The notes below the pieces were generated by a model. It saw nothing but the letters and a program-made list of their open reading frames with translations. It did no database searches and was not told the DNA's origin. From the NCBI GenBank assembly GCA_963751345.1, contig CAVVUS010000038.1:68582-132581 (forward strand): 64,000 nucleotides of DNA, in the 5' to 3' direction. This stretch comes from an uncultured Chloroflexia bacterium (lineage in GTDB: Bacteria > Chloroflexota > Anaerolineae > B4-G1 > SLSP01). Positions 1 to 10,146 of this stretch are shown piece by piece. The position numbers and the translations under genes are program-made. The stretch's first letter is position 1, and each line of letters starts with the position of its first letter.

Positions 1-1216
1 GTCGGAGGCGCCGAGGGCTCGCGCCTCTGGGGGATCTCGGTGGGTGTGGCGATGCTCGTGGTGGCCATTATCTCACCGATTTTGGGTGCGATCGCCGACT
101 TCTCCGGCGCGAAGAAGCGGTTCCTCTTCGTTTTCACGGCAATTGCCTGCACTATTCACGGGCATGCTCTTTTTCGTTGGACCGGGAAACGTTGTCATGG
201 GCATGCTTTTCTTCATCCTGGCCGAGATCGGCTATCGAGGAGCCCAAGTCTTCTACAACTCGCTGCTGCCCGAGATCGCTGACTCGGATGACATCGGCCG
301 GGTCTCCGGGATCGGCTGGGCCATCGGGTCCGCCGGGGGCGTTCTCTGTCTTTTCATTATCCTTCCGCTGATCATGATTTTTCAGGGTTCGCTGATGGTG
401 AGGCTCTCGTTTGTCATAACCGCTGTCTTCTTCGCGCTTTCGGCGATCCCGATCTTTGTGAGTCTGAAGGAGTCGGGGCAGCCTCAACAGCTTCCGGCAG
501 GTGAGAACTACCTTACCCTGGGGTTCAAGCGCACACGTGAAACCGTGCGCCGCGCGGGCAGTTTCACAGAGTTCCTCAAGTTTGCCGGCGCCTTCGTCAT
601 CTACAACGATGGCGTGATGATGGCGATGAACTTCGCTTCCATCATCGGTGCCGTGCTCTTTGGCATGCAGCAGACCGAACTCATCATCTTTGTCATCGTG
701 GTGCAGGTCACGAACGTCGCCGGTGCCTACGTGCTTGGGCATCTGGTGGACCGGTTCGGAGGCAAGCGCGCGTTGATCGTCTCCATCCTGCTGATGGTGG
801 TGGCGATCGTGCTGATGTTCTTTGCGACCACCTCGCTCTTTTTCTTCTTCGTGGGTGCGTTGGCAGGGTTCGCGATGGCCGGGATGCAATCGGTCAGCCG
901 CACAATGGTCGGCGTGCTCAGCCCGGTGGGCCAGAGCGCCGAGTTCTATGGCTTTTTCGCCGTGGCAGGTCGAACATCGTCCTTTATCGGGCCGGCCGTC
1001 TATGGCGGCGTGGCCTATCGCGTGGCGAAGTGGTATGAGGCGATGCCAGGCTGGACTGCAGTAACTGCAGAGCAGGCGGGACAGCGTGCTGCCATTCTGT
1101 CCATCGGGGTCTTTTTGCTGGTAGGGTTGGCCGTTCTGACCTCGGTCAATGAGCGTCGCGCGCGGACGGCCTATCGGACGGGTATGGAGGCTGAGAACCT
1201 GGCCCAGGCGGGCTGA
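1..1216 (+). CDS. MFS transporter (UMF1/BtlA-like), 5' end outside window, frameshift near 155
   Basis: ORF 40..282 (SPILGAIADFSGAKKR, MFS motif A) continues in frame 44..1216 (FYNSLLPEI, GRVSGIGWAIG, GHLVDRFGGKR, AEFYGFF); many TM helices. Confidence 0.85.
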   Translation, partial: SEAPRARASGGSRWVWRCSWWPLSHRFWVRSPTSPARRSGSSSFSRQLPALFTGMLFFVGPGNVVMGMLFFILAEIGYRGAQVFYNSLLPEIADSDDIGRVSGIGWAIGSAGGVLCLFIILPLIMIFQGSLMVRLSFVITAVFFALSAIPIFVSLKESGQPQQLPAGENYLTLGFKRTRETVRRAGSFTEFLKFAGAFVIYNDGVMMAMNFASIIGAVLFGMQQTELIIFVIVVQVTNVAGAYVLGHLVDRFGGKRALIVSILLMVVAIVLMFFATTSLFFFFVGALAGFAMAGMQSVSRTMVGVLSPVGQSAEFYGFFAVAGRTSSFIGPAVYGGVAYRVAKWYEAMPGWTAVTAEQAGQRAAILSIGVFLLVGLAVLTSVNERRARTAYRTGMEAENLAQAG

Positions 1217-1243
1217 ACTCTCTGCCGTCTCCCTGAAACGTGT

Positions 1244-1281
1244 GAAGGACCGGGGCACCCTCGAGGGTGCCCCGGTCCTTC
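1244..1281. terminator. Perfect 38-bp palindrome after the MFS gene; probable terminator hairpin
   Basis: GAAGGACCGGGGCACCCTC|GAGGGTGCCCCGGTCCTTC, 27 nt after the stop; only a weak U-tract. Confidence 0.55.
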
Positions 1282-1343
1282 GTATTCCAGGAGGCCTGAG
1301 GTGCTGCCAGAACACTCCTGGTTTCATATTATTAATCTAGTAC

Positions 1344-1372
1344 TTGACAATTACAAGTATCTAGGTTAATAT
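1344..1372 (+). promoter_or_regulatory. Sigma70-type promoter overlapped by an inverted repeat (1330-1371)
   Basis: TTGACA (1344-1349), 17 bp, TAATAT (1367-1372); GGAGG RBS before ATG 1411. Confidence 0.75.
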
Positions 1373-1410
1373 TGTTACATAATCTTTCAGAAGCTCAACG
1401 GAGGTCATCC

Positions 1411-2341
1411 ATGGGCGCAGAGAGCCTTGAAGCTGTTTTGGTCGACGAACAGACTGTGAACTACGAAGGGGCTGAGTCGGTGCACGCTTCGCTGCGGATG
1501 GGCAGCGGCCAAGTCCACGTGGAGGGTGGGGCGGAGCAGCTGATGCACGCTCACTTCGAATACTCGCACCCGGACTGGAAGCCCGAGGTCGAGTACCACG
1601 TCACAGAGGGGGTTGGGCACCTGGAGGTGCGCCAACCTAACCTGCTGAGGACGCTCAGCGTGAATCCCCAGTACACCTGGGAGCTTGCCTTCGGCGATGG
1701 GGCTCCCACGGATCTTGGCGTGAAACTTGGTTCGGGCAACGCCGACCTCGACCTGGACGGGACGAGTATTGCAGAACCTCAACGCGGCTGTAGGAAGTGG
1801 CCGCATCGACGTCAGTGCGACGGAGGGTGGCCCGCATCTGAAATCGATCTCGCTCAAGGCGGGCAGTGGCCGGGCGACCGTGAGCCTTGACGGCAGCTAT
1901 GACAACCTGGAACGCGTTGATCTCTCGAATGCAAGTGGCGTGAACGAAGTGCGCCTGCATGGTGTCTATCCCCAGATGCGCCATTTGAAAGTGCGCAGTG
2001 CCAGCGGACGCACTGTACTCGAGCTCGGAGGCAATCTTGCCGTCCTGGAGTCCGCTTCAGTGAGCGCAGCCAGCGGGAACGTGCTCGTGGAACTTGCGGA
2101 TGTCGTTGGGCACGATGTCAACCTGACCATCAACTGCGTCTCCGGCACCGCCACAGTTCGATACGCCGCAGGCATGGGGGTCTCCGCTCGATTTTCCTCA
2201 GTCTCCGGTCGGGTCGAGGCAGCGGGCTTCCGCAAGGTCGAGGGTAAGTATGTCAACGAGGCCTATGAGACGGCTGAAGCGCACGTGCATCTCGTCATGT
2301 CGACGGTGAGCGGCAAGCTGATCCTGCAACCTGCTGAGTAG
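1411..2341 (+). CDS. Toast-rack / DUF2154 / DUF4097-like beta-repeat protein, frameshift near 1770
   Basis: ORFs 1372..1890 and 1727..2341 join; repeated x-x-G-S-G / A-S-G beta-strand motifs (LRMGSG, KLGSG, KAGSG, RSASG, TVSG). Confidence 0.7.
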
Positions 2342-2438
2342 TCAGCGCGTAGATGGATGTATACCGCTGCCGCACTGCGGCAGGCGGTATACATCCTATT
2401 GTGTTGGCCACTCTGGGTGGGCAAGGAGGCTGGGATCT

Positions 2439-2639
2439 ATGGAGCGTCGACAGGGCTGTCTGGTGGGCTTGCTCAAGCTCGCCGTCCTGGATGCTGTATT
2501 TGACTGGCTCCAGGAGCGATTCGGCTTTGGCCGGGGGTGCTCCTGTGGCGGTATGGGGTGCGGCGTGATTCTGTTGCTGCTCTTCATTGTGTTGGCTTGC
2601 TCGGTAGTTACAGGGACCGATTGGTTTCGATTCTGGTAG
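2439..2639 (+). CDS. Small (66 aa) Cys/Gly-rich membrane protein, hypothetical
   Basis: AAGGAGG RBS upstream; GCSCGGMGCG followed by one hydrophobic helix. Confidence 0.65.
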   Translation: MERRQGCLVGLLKLAVLDAVFDWLQERFGFGRGCSCGGMGCGVILLLLFIVLACSVVTGTDWFRFW

Positions 2640-2676
2640 GCTTCACCTACTCCGGTAGGCTTCACCTACTCTGGTA
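2632..2676. repeat. 19-bp tandem repeat (about 2.4 copies), each unit a mini hairpin
   Basis: TCTGGTAGGCTTCACCTAC / TCCGGTAGGCTTCACCTAC / TCTGGTA; GTAGG pairs with CCTAC. Confidence 0.8.
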
Positions 2677-2773
2677 CGCCCGAACTCGTTTCGATTTTCA
2701 TGGCTTGTGTCTGGGCGTAGGTCTGCTATCATTCCCTGGTTGAGCGTGACCACATCCTCCTCCAGGGGTGATA

Positions 2774-4291
2774 ATGAACCACAGACTACGTACTTACTGG
2801 TTTCGTGCCGGCATGGTCGGGGTGGCGTTGGCGCTTTTCGCTGCGGGCTGTCGCCGTGAGGTGATTGTCCCGGGCAGTGAGCTAGGCGGGACGCCGGGCA
2901 CCCCGTTTACCGTCGGTGGGGCCCGCGGCGCACAGCAACTGGAGAGTACCGGCCCGCTGATTCCTCCAACCGCGACCCCAACGAGGATGCCACCGAAGAC
3001 CACGGCGACGGAGTATACCGTCCAGTCCGGCGACACGATGTACGGCATCGCCTCGGCCTATGGGACGACGATCGATTCCCTCGTGCAGCTCAACGGGCTG
3101 GCCGACGCGGACCACTTGGCGATTGGTCAGGTCCTGAAGATCTCTATGGACGCCGAGCACGTCGGCCCCAGCGATCCCTTGATCCCCGACAGCGAGCTGG
3201 TCTACGGTCCGAGCTTTGCCGGTTTCGACATTGCGGCGGAGGTCGCGCGCCATCCGGGCTATCTTGCCGGCTACTCTGAGCTGGTCGGAGCGCGAGAGCT
3301 GACCGGCGCCGAGATTGTGGCTCTGGTAGCTGAGCAGTACAGCGTGGGCCCCCGTCTGCTTCTGGCAATGCTCGAACTGCGCGGAGGCTGGCTCTCCAAT
3401 CCCACGCCTTCCCCGGACCAACAGCTCTTCCCTCTCGGATATCAGCGCGGCGAGTACTGGGAAGGGCTCTACTATCAATTGTGCCAGGCGGCCAATGCAC
3501 TGAACATCGGTGCCTATGGCTGGTGGCTTGACACGCTGTGGCTGGTGCAGACCGGGGATGGGGCCTTCATCCAGTATGCGCCAGGGCTAAATGCAGGCAC
3601 AGCGGGTGTCCAGAAGATGCTGGCCGATACGGCGGATTCGTATGAAACGTGGCTCGCCGACATCAGGAGGTTTCGCGAGATCTACACAAGCCTCTTTGGC
3701 GACCCCTTTCAGTATGCGGTCGAGCCTCTGATCCCGATGAACACCCAGGCACCGACGATGGAACTCCCCTGGGCCGAGGATGAGACCTGGTACTATACCG
3801 GAGGGCCGCACCCGGGGTGGGGGAGCGATGGAGCAGGATCCGCGATCGACTTTGTCACCGACGAGGAGAACATCGGGTGCGCCGTCAGCCAGCGGTGGGA
3901 GACAGCTGTCGCCGCCGGAACGATCGTGGAAAGCCAGGACGGGATGGTGCTGGAGGACCTGGATGACGATGGATTCGTCGGCACGGGATGGGTCGTGCTC
4001 TATATGCACGTAGCAGCGGAGGGACGCGTCGAGATCGGAACGCACGTCGACGTTGGCGACCCCATAGGGCACCCGTCATGCGAGGGAGGAGTGTCCGACG
4101 CATCTCATCTTCACCTCGCCCGCCGCATGAATGGCGTCTGGATCGCTGCGGATGATCCGGCCTACCCGATGTCGCTCTCCGGATGGACTCCTGTGCGCGG
4201 CGTGGAGGCCTACGAGGGCACCCTTGTCCGCGGCGATGAGGTACGGACGGTCTGCGAGTGCTGGGAGGCCATCAACGCGGTCAAGCGCTGA
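2774..4291 (+). CDS. Lipoprotein with LysM domain and M23 metallopeptidase domain
   Basis: Lipobox FAAGC; LysM YTVQSGDTMYGIA...LNGL; M23-like YMHV...VGDPIG...HLHLAR; TGCTATCAT extended -10 at 2724-2732. Confidence 0.85.
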   Translation: MNHRLRTYWFRAGMVGVALALFAAGCRREVIVPGSELGGTPGTPFTVGGARGAQQLESTGPLIPPTATPTRMPPKTTATEYTVQSGDTMYGIASAYGTTIDSLVQLNGLADADHLAIGQVLKISMDAEHVGPSDPLIPDSELVYGPSFAGFDIAAEVARHPGYLAGYSELVGARELTGAEIVALVAEQYSVGPRLLLAMLELRGGWLSNPTPSPDQQLFPLGYQRGEYWEGLYYQLCQAANALNIGAYGWWLDTLWLVQTGDGAFIQYAPGLNAGTAGVQKMLADTADSYETWLADIRRFREIYTSLFGDPFQYAVEPLIPMNTQAPTMELPWAEDETWYYTGGPHPGWGSDGAGSAIDFVTDEENIGCAVSQRWETAVAAGTIVESQDGMVLEDLDDDGFVGTGWVVLYMHVAAEGRVEIGTHVDVGDPIGHPSCEGGVSDASHLHLARRMNGVWIAADDPAYPMSLSGWTPVRGVEAYEGTLVRGDEVRTVCECWEAINAVKR

Positions 4292-4297
4292 ACCCTT

Positions 4298-6389
4298 TCA
4301 TACGGGCGCGATGCTTATGCGCACGTCAACGGCCCAGATGCCGCTACCCTCCGCGCCAACCACCAGGGGGTTGATGTCGACCCCATCTATGTTGGGGAAG
4401 TCGATCGCCAACTGACCCAGACGACGCAGGGCGTCGACGACGCCCTCAATGTCACGTGGCGGCATCCCGCGGATGCCCTGCAGGATCCGTCCGGCTGCCG
4501 TTTCCATCACCATGCTGTGGGCATCGGCAACGCCAATCGGCGCGAGGCGGAAGGCCACGTCCCTCAGGACCTCGACCAGGGTTCCTCCCAGGCCGAACAT
4601 GAGGACTGGGCCAAACTGGGGGTCGCGCTGCATCCCCAGGATGACTTCCTGGCCCGCAGGTGCCATGCGCTGGAGCATGGCACGCCGCTCGGCGTGCGGA
4701 CCGACCAGTTCGGCGAAGACCTCTGCGACCGCACCTGCATCCGCCAGATTCAGCCTCACGCCTCCCACATCGGCCTTGTGAATCACGTCTGGCGCGATCA
4801 CCTTCATCGCCAGCGGGTAGCCCAGTGAGTCTGCGAGCGCTGTCACCTCATCCGGCGTGGTCGCGATTCCCGACTGTGGCACGCGAATGCCGTATGCCGA
4901 GGCGACCAACGCCGATTGCTGTGCATCCAGAAACCCAGGCCCGGCACCGTCCAGGTGCCGGCTCAGCACCGAGCGGACCCGGTCCCGGTCTACGCCTGCG
5001 ATGGTCTCAGGCAGTGCCACGGGGCGATCCCGAAGGTGGCGATAGGCCAACAAGCTGGCCAGCGCGCGACCGGCCCGGTTGGGGTCCTGGTAGAACGGCA
5101 CACCCTCGCGGTTGAGCAGGTCAACCGCCTCCGTGATGCTCTCCCCGCCTACCAGGCAGCAGACGACGGGCTTTGCTGCGCTCTGAGCTGCCATAATGAC
5201 GTTCCGGGCGACTTCAATGACGGGCGTGATGGCTTGAGGGACGAAAACAGCCATCAGCATGTCGACGCTCTCGTCCCTGAGCAGTAGCTCACCCGCGGTC
5301 CTGTACATTTCGGCCTGGGGGCCGCCCAGCATATCGACAGGGTTGCCCAATTGGGCGCCCCTCGGCGTCACCTCCCGGAGCCGTGCCATCGTCTCCGGAC
5401 TGAGGTCCGCCATCGTCAGGCCGCAGCGGTCCAGTTCATCGGCCGCCAATGCGGCAGGCCCCCCTGCATTGGTCAGGATGGCGACCCGGTTGCCCAGAGG
5501 CAGTGGCTGCGTGGCCAGGGCCATCGCGACGTCGTTCTGCTCCTGGAGCGATTCGACAACCAGGACGCCTGCGCGGTGGCAGGCCGCGCGATAGGCTTGC
5601 TCGTTGCCTGCGAGGGCGCCGGTGTGCGAGGCGACGGCTCGCGTCCCCGCCGCCGTGAGCCCGGCCTTGAGCATGACCACGGGTTTCTGTCTGATAGACG
5701 CCCGCGGCGGCCTCGACGAAGCGGCGCCCATCGGGAAGGCCCTCGGCATAGACATTGATGACGCGTGTGAAAGGGTCGGACTTCATCATCTCGATCCCGT
5801 CGGCAATGTCAACGTCAAGCTGATTCCCCAGGCTGGCAATGCGGCTGTATCCCACGCCGACACCTCGCGCCCAATCGACCGTTCCACCGGCGATGGCGCC
5901 CGAGTGCGAGACAAACCCTATGTGGCCCGGCCTGGGCATCGCCGTGATGAAGGTGGTGTCGAGCGGCACGTGCGTGTCCATCACCCCGACGCAGTTCGGA
6001 CCAATCAGGCGCATGTTGTAGTCGTCGGCTATCACCTTGAGCTGGCGCTCCAGCTCGACGCCCTCAGGACCGGACTCCCTGAAGCCTCCGCTAATGACGA
6101 TCACGGTGCGCAATCCCCTGTCGCCACACTGGCGCAGCGCCTGCGGCACGAGAGGGGCCGGAATCATGATCACGGCTAGCTCAACCGGATCCGGTACGGC
6201 CTCAATAGACGGATAGACCTCTAGACCCAGGATCTCCCCGCCCCGTGGGTTGACGGGATAGATCGGTCCGGGGTAGCCGCACCGCTTGAGGTTCCGGACC
6301 ACGCCGTGGCTCAGCTTATCGGGATCCGAGCTCGCCCCGATGATGGCGACGCCGTCGGGATTGAAGAAGGTCTCCAGGGTGTCGGTCAT
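4298..6389 (-). CDS. Acetate--CoA ligase (ADP-forming), fused alpha/beta, frameshift near 5690
   Basis: N-half 5436..6389 (IIGAS, GGFRE, IGPNC, SLGNQLD) plus C-half 4298..5755 (SHTGALAG phospho-His, TNAGG, NPVD, HKADVGGV ATP-grasp, DINPL). Confidence 0.88.
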
Positions 6390-6469
6390 ATGATTAGCCT
6401 CCGTGAGCTAGCCAGCATTCACAGGGATATGTTAGGTAAGAGGTGGCCTTTGTCCAGGCGCGCACGGGG

Positions 6470-7603
6470 TCACAGTCGGGCACGCCACACCCTGAATCGG
6501 TGACCCTCGGCGGCTACCCCCACCGACCCGAAGTGCTTCTCCAACCAGGGCCGGTAGTCCAGGAAGGTGTTTGCGACGAGGAAGACTCGTCCGCCAGGCT
6601 TGAGGACGCGGGCGGCTTCTCTCACGAAGAGCTGCGAGACGTCGAAACTGGTATCATGGCCGCGGTGGAAGGGTGGGTTGGTGACGACGGTGTCGACGCT
6701 CCCGTCCGGCACGGCGGCGGCGCCCGGACAGAGATGGGCCACGGCATCGGGGTATCCGTTTGCCGCCAGAGTCCGGCGTGTGCCGGCGACGGCACGCGCC
6801 GACACGTCGGTTGCGATGAGCCGTGCGCCACGGCGCGCGGCGGCGAGCCCTACGAGCCCCGTGCCACAGCCCAGATCCAGAACCACGGTTCCGGGCGCCA
6901 CGACCATCGCTTCGATCAGAGCCGCCGCCCCTACATCCAGCCGATCATTGGCAAACACGCCAACACAACTGACCAGCTCGGTCGACTGACCTGCGACCTC
7001 GATCCGACGGGTATCGAACACCACGTGTGGGGGAGAGATGCCCGGCTCAGGGGCGTAAGCCAGCACGGCATGATAGCCGCCCTTGCGGTTGACGACCCCG
7101 GCGCGCCCGCATACGCGACGGGCCTCATCGAGCGCGCCCCTGACCCCCTCCTGAGTCGCCCCGACCAGGATCATCCTTCCTCCGGGCTCGAGCACCGACG
7201 CGCTCAGCCGGATCAACTGTACCTGCAGGTCCCTTCCGCGAGGCAGGTGCAGCAGTGACAGCCCACACCTGTGCAGTGGCAGGCCCGCAAAGTCCCAGGC
7301 CGTGCTCATTTGCGGAAGGGGCAGGCCATTCACAGCGAAACTTGACCTGAGCGATAGCTGCTCGGCGATACTGTCGTGCCACGTTGTGACAGTGGCACCC
7401 GACCGGGAGGCCCAGATGGCGGCTCCGGTCGCGCCCGGGCCGGCGACGAAGACCGAGGTAGCCTGTATCTGTCTGACCGCGCCAAAGAGCGCTGCCTGAG
7501 CCATGCCAAAGGTCGCTGCGCCCGGTAGATACACCAGGCGCGCTGGTCCATCCGGGAGCGCGCAGACTTCGTCCGTTAGCCATCGCTCAACACGCGTCTC
7601 CAT
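6470..7603 (-). CDS. Class I SAM methyltransferase, RsmC/RlmG (MTS) family
   Basis: GVFANDRLDVG, LDLGCGTG and VTNPPFH motifs, two-domain layout; start taken at METRVERW. Confidence 0.82.
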   Translation of the reverse strand: METRVERWLTDEVCALPDGPARLVYLPGAATFGMAQAALFGAVRQIQATSVFVAGPGATGAAIWASRSGATVTTWHDSIAEQLSLRSSFAVNGLPLPQMSTAWDFAGLPLHRCGLSLLHLPRGRDLQVQLIRLSASVLEPGGRMILVGATQEGVRGALDEARRVCGRAGVVNRKGGYHAVLAYAPEPGISPPHVVFDTRRIEVAGQSTELVSCVGVFANDRLDVGAAALIEAMVVAPGTVVLDLGCGTGLVGLAAARRGARLIATDVSARAVAGTRRTLAANGYPDAVAHLCPGAAAVPDGSVDTVVTNPPFHRGHDTSFDVSQLFVREAARVLKPGGRVFLVANTFLDYRPWLEKHFGSVGVAAEGHRFRVWRARL

Positions 7604-7671
7604 TGTCTTCTCTTCTGTCTTTTCTTCTTTATTATTTGTACGACCAATATGGTGGTTACAAAGTCGAGGCG

Positions 7672-7680
7672 TGCTATAAT
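7672..7680 (+). promoter_or_regulatory. Extended -10 promoter of the moxR operon
   Basis: TGCTATAAT 85 nt upstream of ATG 7766. Confidence 0.65.
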
Positions 7681-7765
7681 CCCTGTCGTGCGGTTTCCGC
7701 TGAGTTCGTCTCTGGATTGTACAACGACAGAGAACACTTTCATACTTGGGGGCTAGGGGGAACGA

Positions 7766-8725
7766 ATGGTCAACGTTCAAGATTTCTGTCGCCAGCTCGT
7801 CACGAATGTGGAGCACGTCATCGTTGGCAAGTCCTCAGCCGTTCAGTTGGCCGTCATCGGCCTGTTGAGCCGGGGGCATCTTCTCATAGAGGACGTGCCC
7901 GGCGTCGGCAAGACGATGCTGGCGCGAAGCCTCTCCCGGTCGATGGGCTGTAGTTTTGGGCGCATCCAATTCACGCCCGATTTGCTGCCCAGTGACGTCA
8001 CCGGCGTCTCTATATACAACCAGGGCACGCGCGAGTTCGAGTTTCAGCCGGGACCTATCATGTCCCAGATCGTGCTGGTCGATGAGATCAATCGCGCGAC
8101 GCCCAAGACGCAATCGGCTCTTCTGGAGGCGATGGAAGAGCGACAGGTCACGGTAGACGGCGTAACACATCCACTTCCTCAGCCGTTCATGGTCCTGGCG
8201 ACACAGAACCCCATCGAGTACGAGGGGACCTACTCACTGCCTGAGGCGCAGCTCGACCGGTTCCAGATGCGCATCGACCTTGGCTATCCGGCGCTGCGCG
8301 ATGAGATCGAGGTCCTCGACCGTCAGCAGTTCCACCATCCTGTGCTTGACCTGGAGCCGGTCGTGACCTCGGACGAGTTGCTGGCAGCGCAGGAGGAGAT
8401 CAAGACGGTCTTCGTGTCGCCTTCGGTGAAAGAGTATATTGTTCGTTTGGTACAGAGGACGCGGCAGCACCCCGATGTGTATCTGGGTGCCAGTCCTCGT
8501 GGCAGCCTCATGCTGTATCGCACCGCTCAAGCGCGGGCTGCGATGTACGGACGTGTCTACGTGCTTCCTGACGACGTCAAATTCATCGCTCCCTATGTCC
8601 TCAGCCATCGTCTCATCATCAGCCCCAGCGCACGGTTGCGGAATGTGCAGGCTCAGCAGGTGCTGAGCGCCATCCTGGAACAGCTGCCGATGCCCGAACC
8701 CGAACGAGAGAGAACCCCCGCATAG
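7766..8725 (+). CDS. moxR: MoxR-family AAA+ ATPase
   Basis: [65 protein letters not shown]. Confidence 0.95.
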   Translation: MVNVQDFCRQLVTNVEHVIVGKSSAVQLAVIGLLSRGHLLIEDVPGVGKTMLARSLSRSMGCSFGRIQFTPDLLPSDVTGVSIYNQGTREFEFQPGPIMSQIVLVDEINRATPKTQSALLEAMEERQVTVDGVTHPLPQPFMVLATQNPIEYEGTYSLPEAQLDRFQMRIDLGYPALRDEIEVLDRQQFHHPVLDLEPVVTSDELLAAQEEIKTVFVSPSVKEYIVRLVQRTRQHPDVYLGASPRGSLMLYRTAQARAAMYGRVYVLPDDVKFIAPYVLSHRLIISPSARLRNVQAQQVLSAILEQLPMPEPERERTPA

Positions 8726-8826
8726 GGGGCATCAGATCGTTCGCTGCCTCGCGGGGGTCGTCGAAAGGTGCGCCAGACAACGTTGGCTAACGCGTGGCGA
8801 GCGGCTTATCAACACTGAGGTGAGGT

Positions 8827-10146
8827 GTGGCTGAGATACTTGGCGAGGAGCCGAAACGCAGACCTCGGATCGCGCTGAGGGCGTGGCTGGTGCCCGTCCT
8901 CTTCATCGTCGTCGTGGTAACGCAGTTGCTGACGCCCTACCGCGGGTGGCGGATCCTGATTGTGGGACTTGGCGGCGTCTTTATCCTGAGTTGGTTCTGG
9001 TCGCGATCGTTGGCCAGAGGTCTGGACCTCACACGCCAGATGCGCTTCGGCTGGGCCCAGGTTGGCGACCGGCTGGTCGAGCGGTTCACCGTAGCCAATA
9101 ACCGGTGGGCGCCTGCCGTCTGGGCCGAGATCCACGATCGCTCCACGCTGCCCGGCTATCGCGTGAGCCGGGGAACCGGCATTTCAGGTTTTGACACGAT
9201 CCGCTGGCATACCGAGGCGGTGTGCCAGCGGCGTGGCCTCTTCATGTTGGGGCCGACGCAGATCTGGACGGGGGATCCTTTCGGTATCTTCTCCGTGACG
9301 CTGGACTTCCCTGCCTCCCTGCCCTTGCTCGTGCTCCCGCCGATCGTGCCGCTCCCCAGTATTCAGGTCGCTCCGGGTGGAAGGTCCGGTGAGGCCCGGC
9401 CCCGCGCCAATATCGTGGACCGCACGGTGAGCGCGGCGACTGTGCGCGAGTACGCCTCGGGTGACAGTCGCCGGTGGATTCACTGGCGCACGACCGCACG
9501 GCAGGGCGACCTGTATGTGCGCCAGTTCGAAAGTACCCCGGTCGGCGACTGGTGGATCCTGCTGGACATGGACCGTCACGTCCAGGCCGGCGAGGGTGAG
9601 GACGCCACCGATGAGCACGGCGTCGTGCTGGCGGCATCGTTGGCCGACAGAGCGGTCAGGTTGCGCCGAGCCGTGGGTATCCTGGCGGAGGGCGAGGATC
9701 TGGTATGGATGCCTCCGGCTCAGGGCGAAGGACAGCGCTGGGAGATCCTGAGATCGCTGGCCCTCGTCAACCGGGGGTCCAGGCCGTTGGCCGACGTGTT
9801 GTCCCGGGTGGGCCCCAGTCTCGGCCAGTACGCAAGTCTCGTCATCATCACACCCTCGACCGAGACCGCGTGGGTGGAGGAAATGGTCTCGCTGGTGCGC
9901 CAAGGCGTGGTTCCCACCGTGTTGTTGCTCGATCCCGCCTCGTTCGGCGGGCCGGGTCGTATGGATGCGGTCAAGGCGTCCCTCATGAATCTTCGCGTAG
10001 CCTTCTACGAGATTACGAAAGATGTCCTGAATCTGCCGGATATCCATCCGGGGCGGCAGGGGCAAGTAGAGTGGCGCGTGCTGGGTACCGGGAAGGCGAT
10101 TCCGGTGCGGAAGGATGATCAGGTGGCCTGGAGAACACTGGCATGA
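8827..10146 (+). CDS. DUF58 domain protein
   Basis: VREYASGDSRRWIHWRTTAR motif, DPFGIF, N-terminal TM helices; follows moxR. Confidence 0.9.
   Translation: MAEILGEEPKRRPRIALRAWLVPVLFIVVVVTQLLTPYRGWRILIVGLGGVFILSWFWSRSLARGLDLTRQMRFGWAQVGDRLVERFTVANNRWAPAVWAEIHDRSTLPGYRVSRGTGISGFDTIRWHTEAVCQRRGLFMLGPTQIWTGDPFGIFSVTLDFPASLPLLVLPPIVPLPSIQVAPGGRSGEARPRANIVDRTVSAATVREYASGDSRRWIHWRTTARQGDLYVRQFESTPVGDWWILLDMDRHVQAGEGEDATDEHGVVLAASLADRAVRLRRAVGILAEGEDLVWMPPAQGEGQRWEILRSLALVNRGSRPLADVLSRVGPSLGQYASLVIITPSTETAWVEEMVSLVRQGVVPTVLLLDPASFGGPGRMDAVKASLMNLRVAFYEITKDVLNLPDIHPGRQGQVEWRVLGTGKAIPVRKDDQVAWRTLA

Noticed and set aside
2632-2676. Short hairpin repeats as a mini CRISPR array
   Set aside because: Units are contiguous with no spacers, only about two copies, and no cas genes in the window
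7604-7628. 12-bp imperfect tandem repeat (TGTCTTCTCTTC / TGTCTTTTCTTC) before the methyltransferase start
   Set aside because: Low-complexity purine-rich leader; too short to support a function
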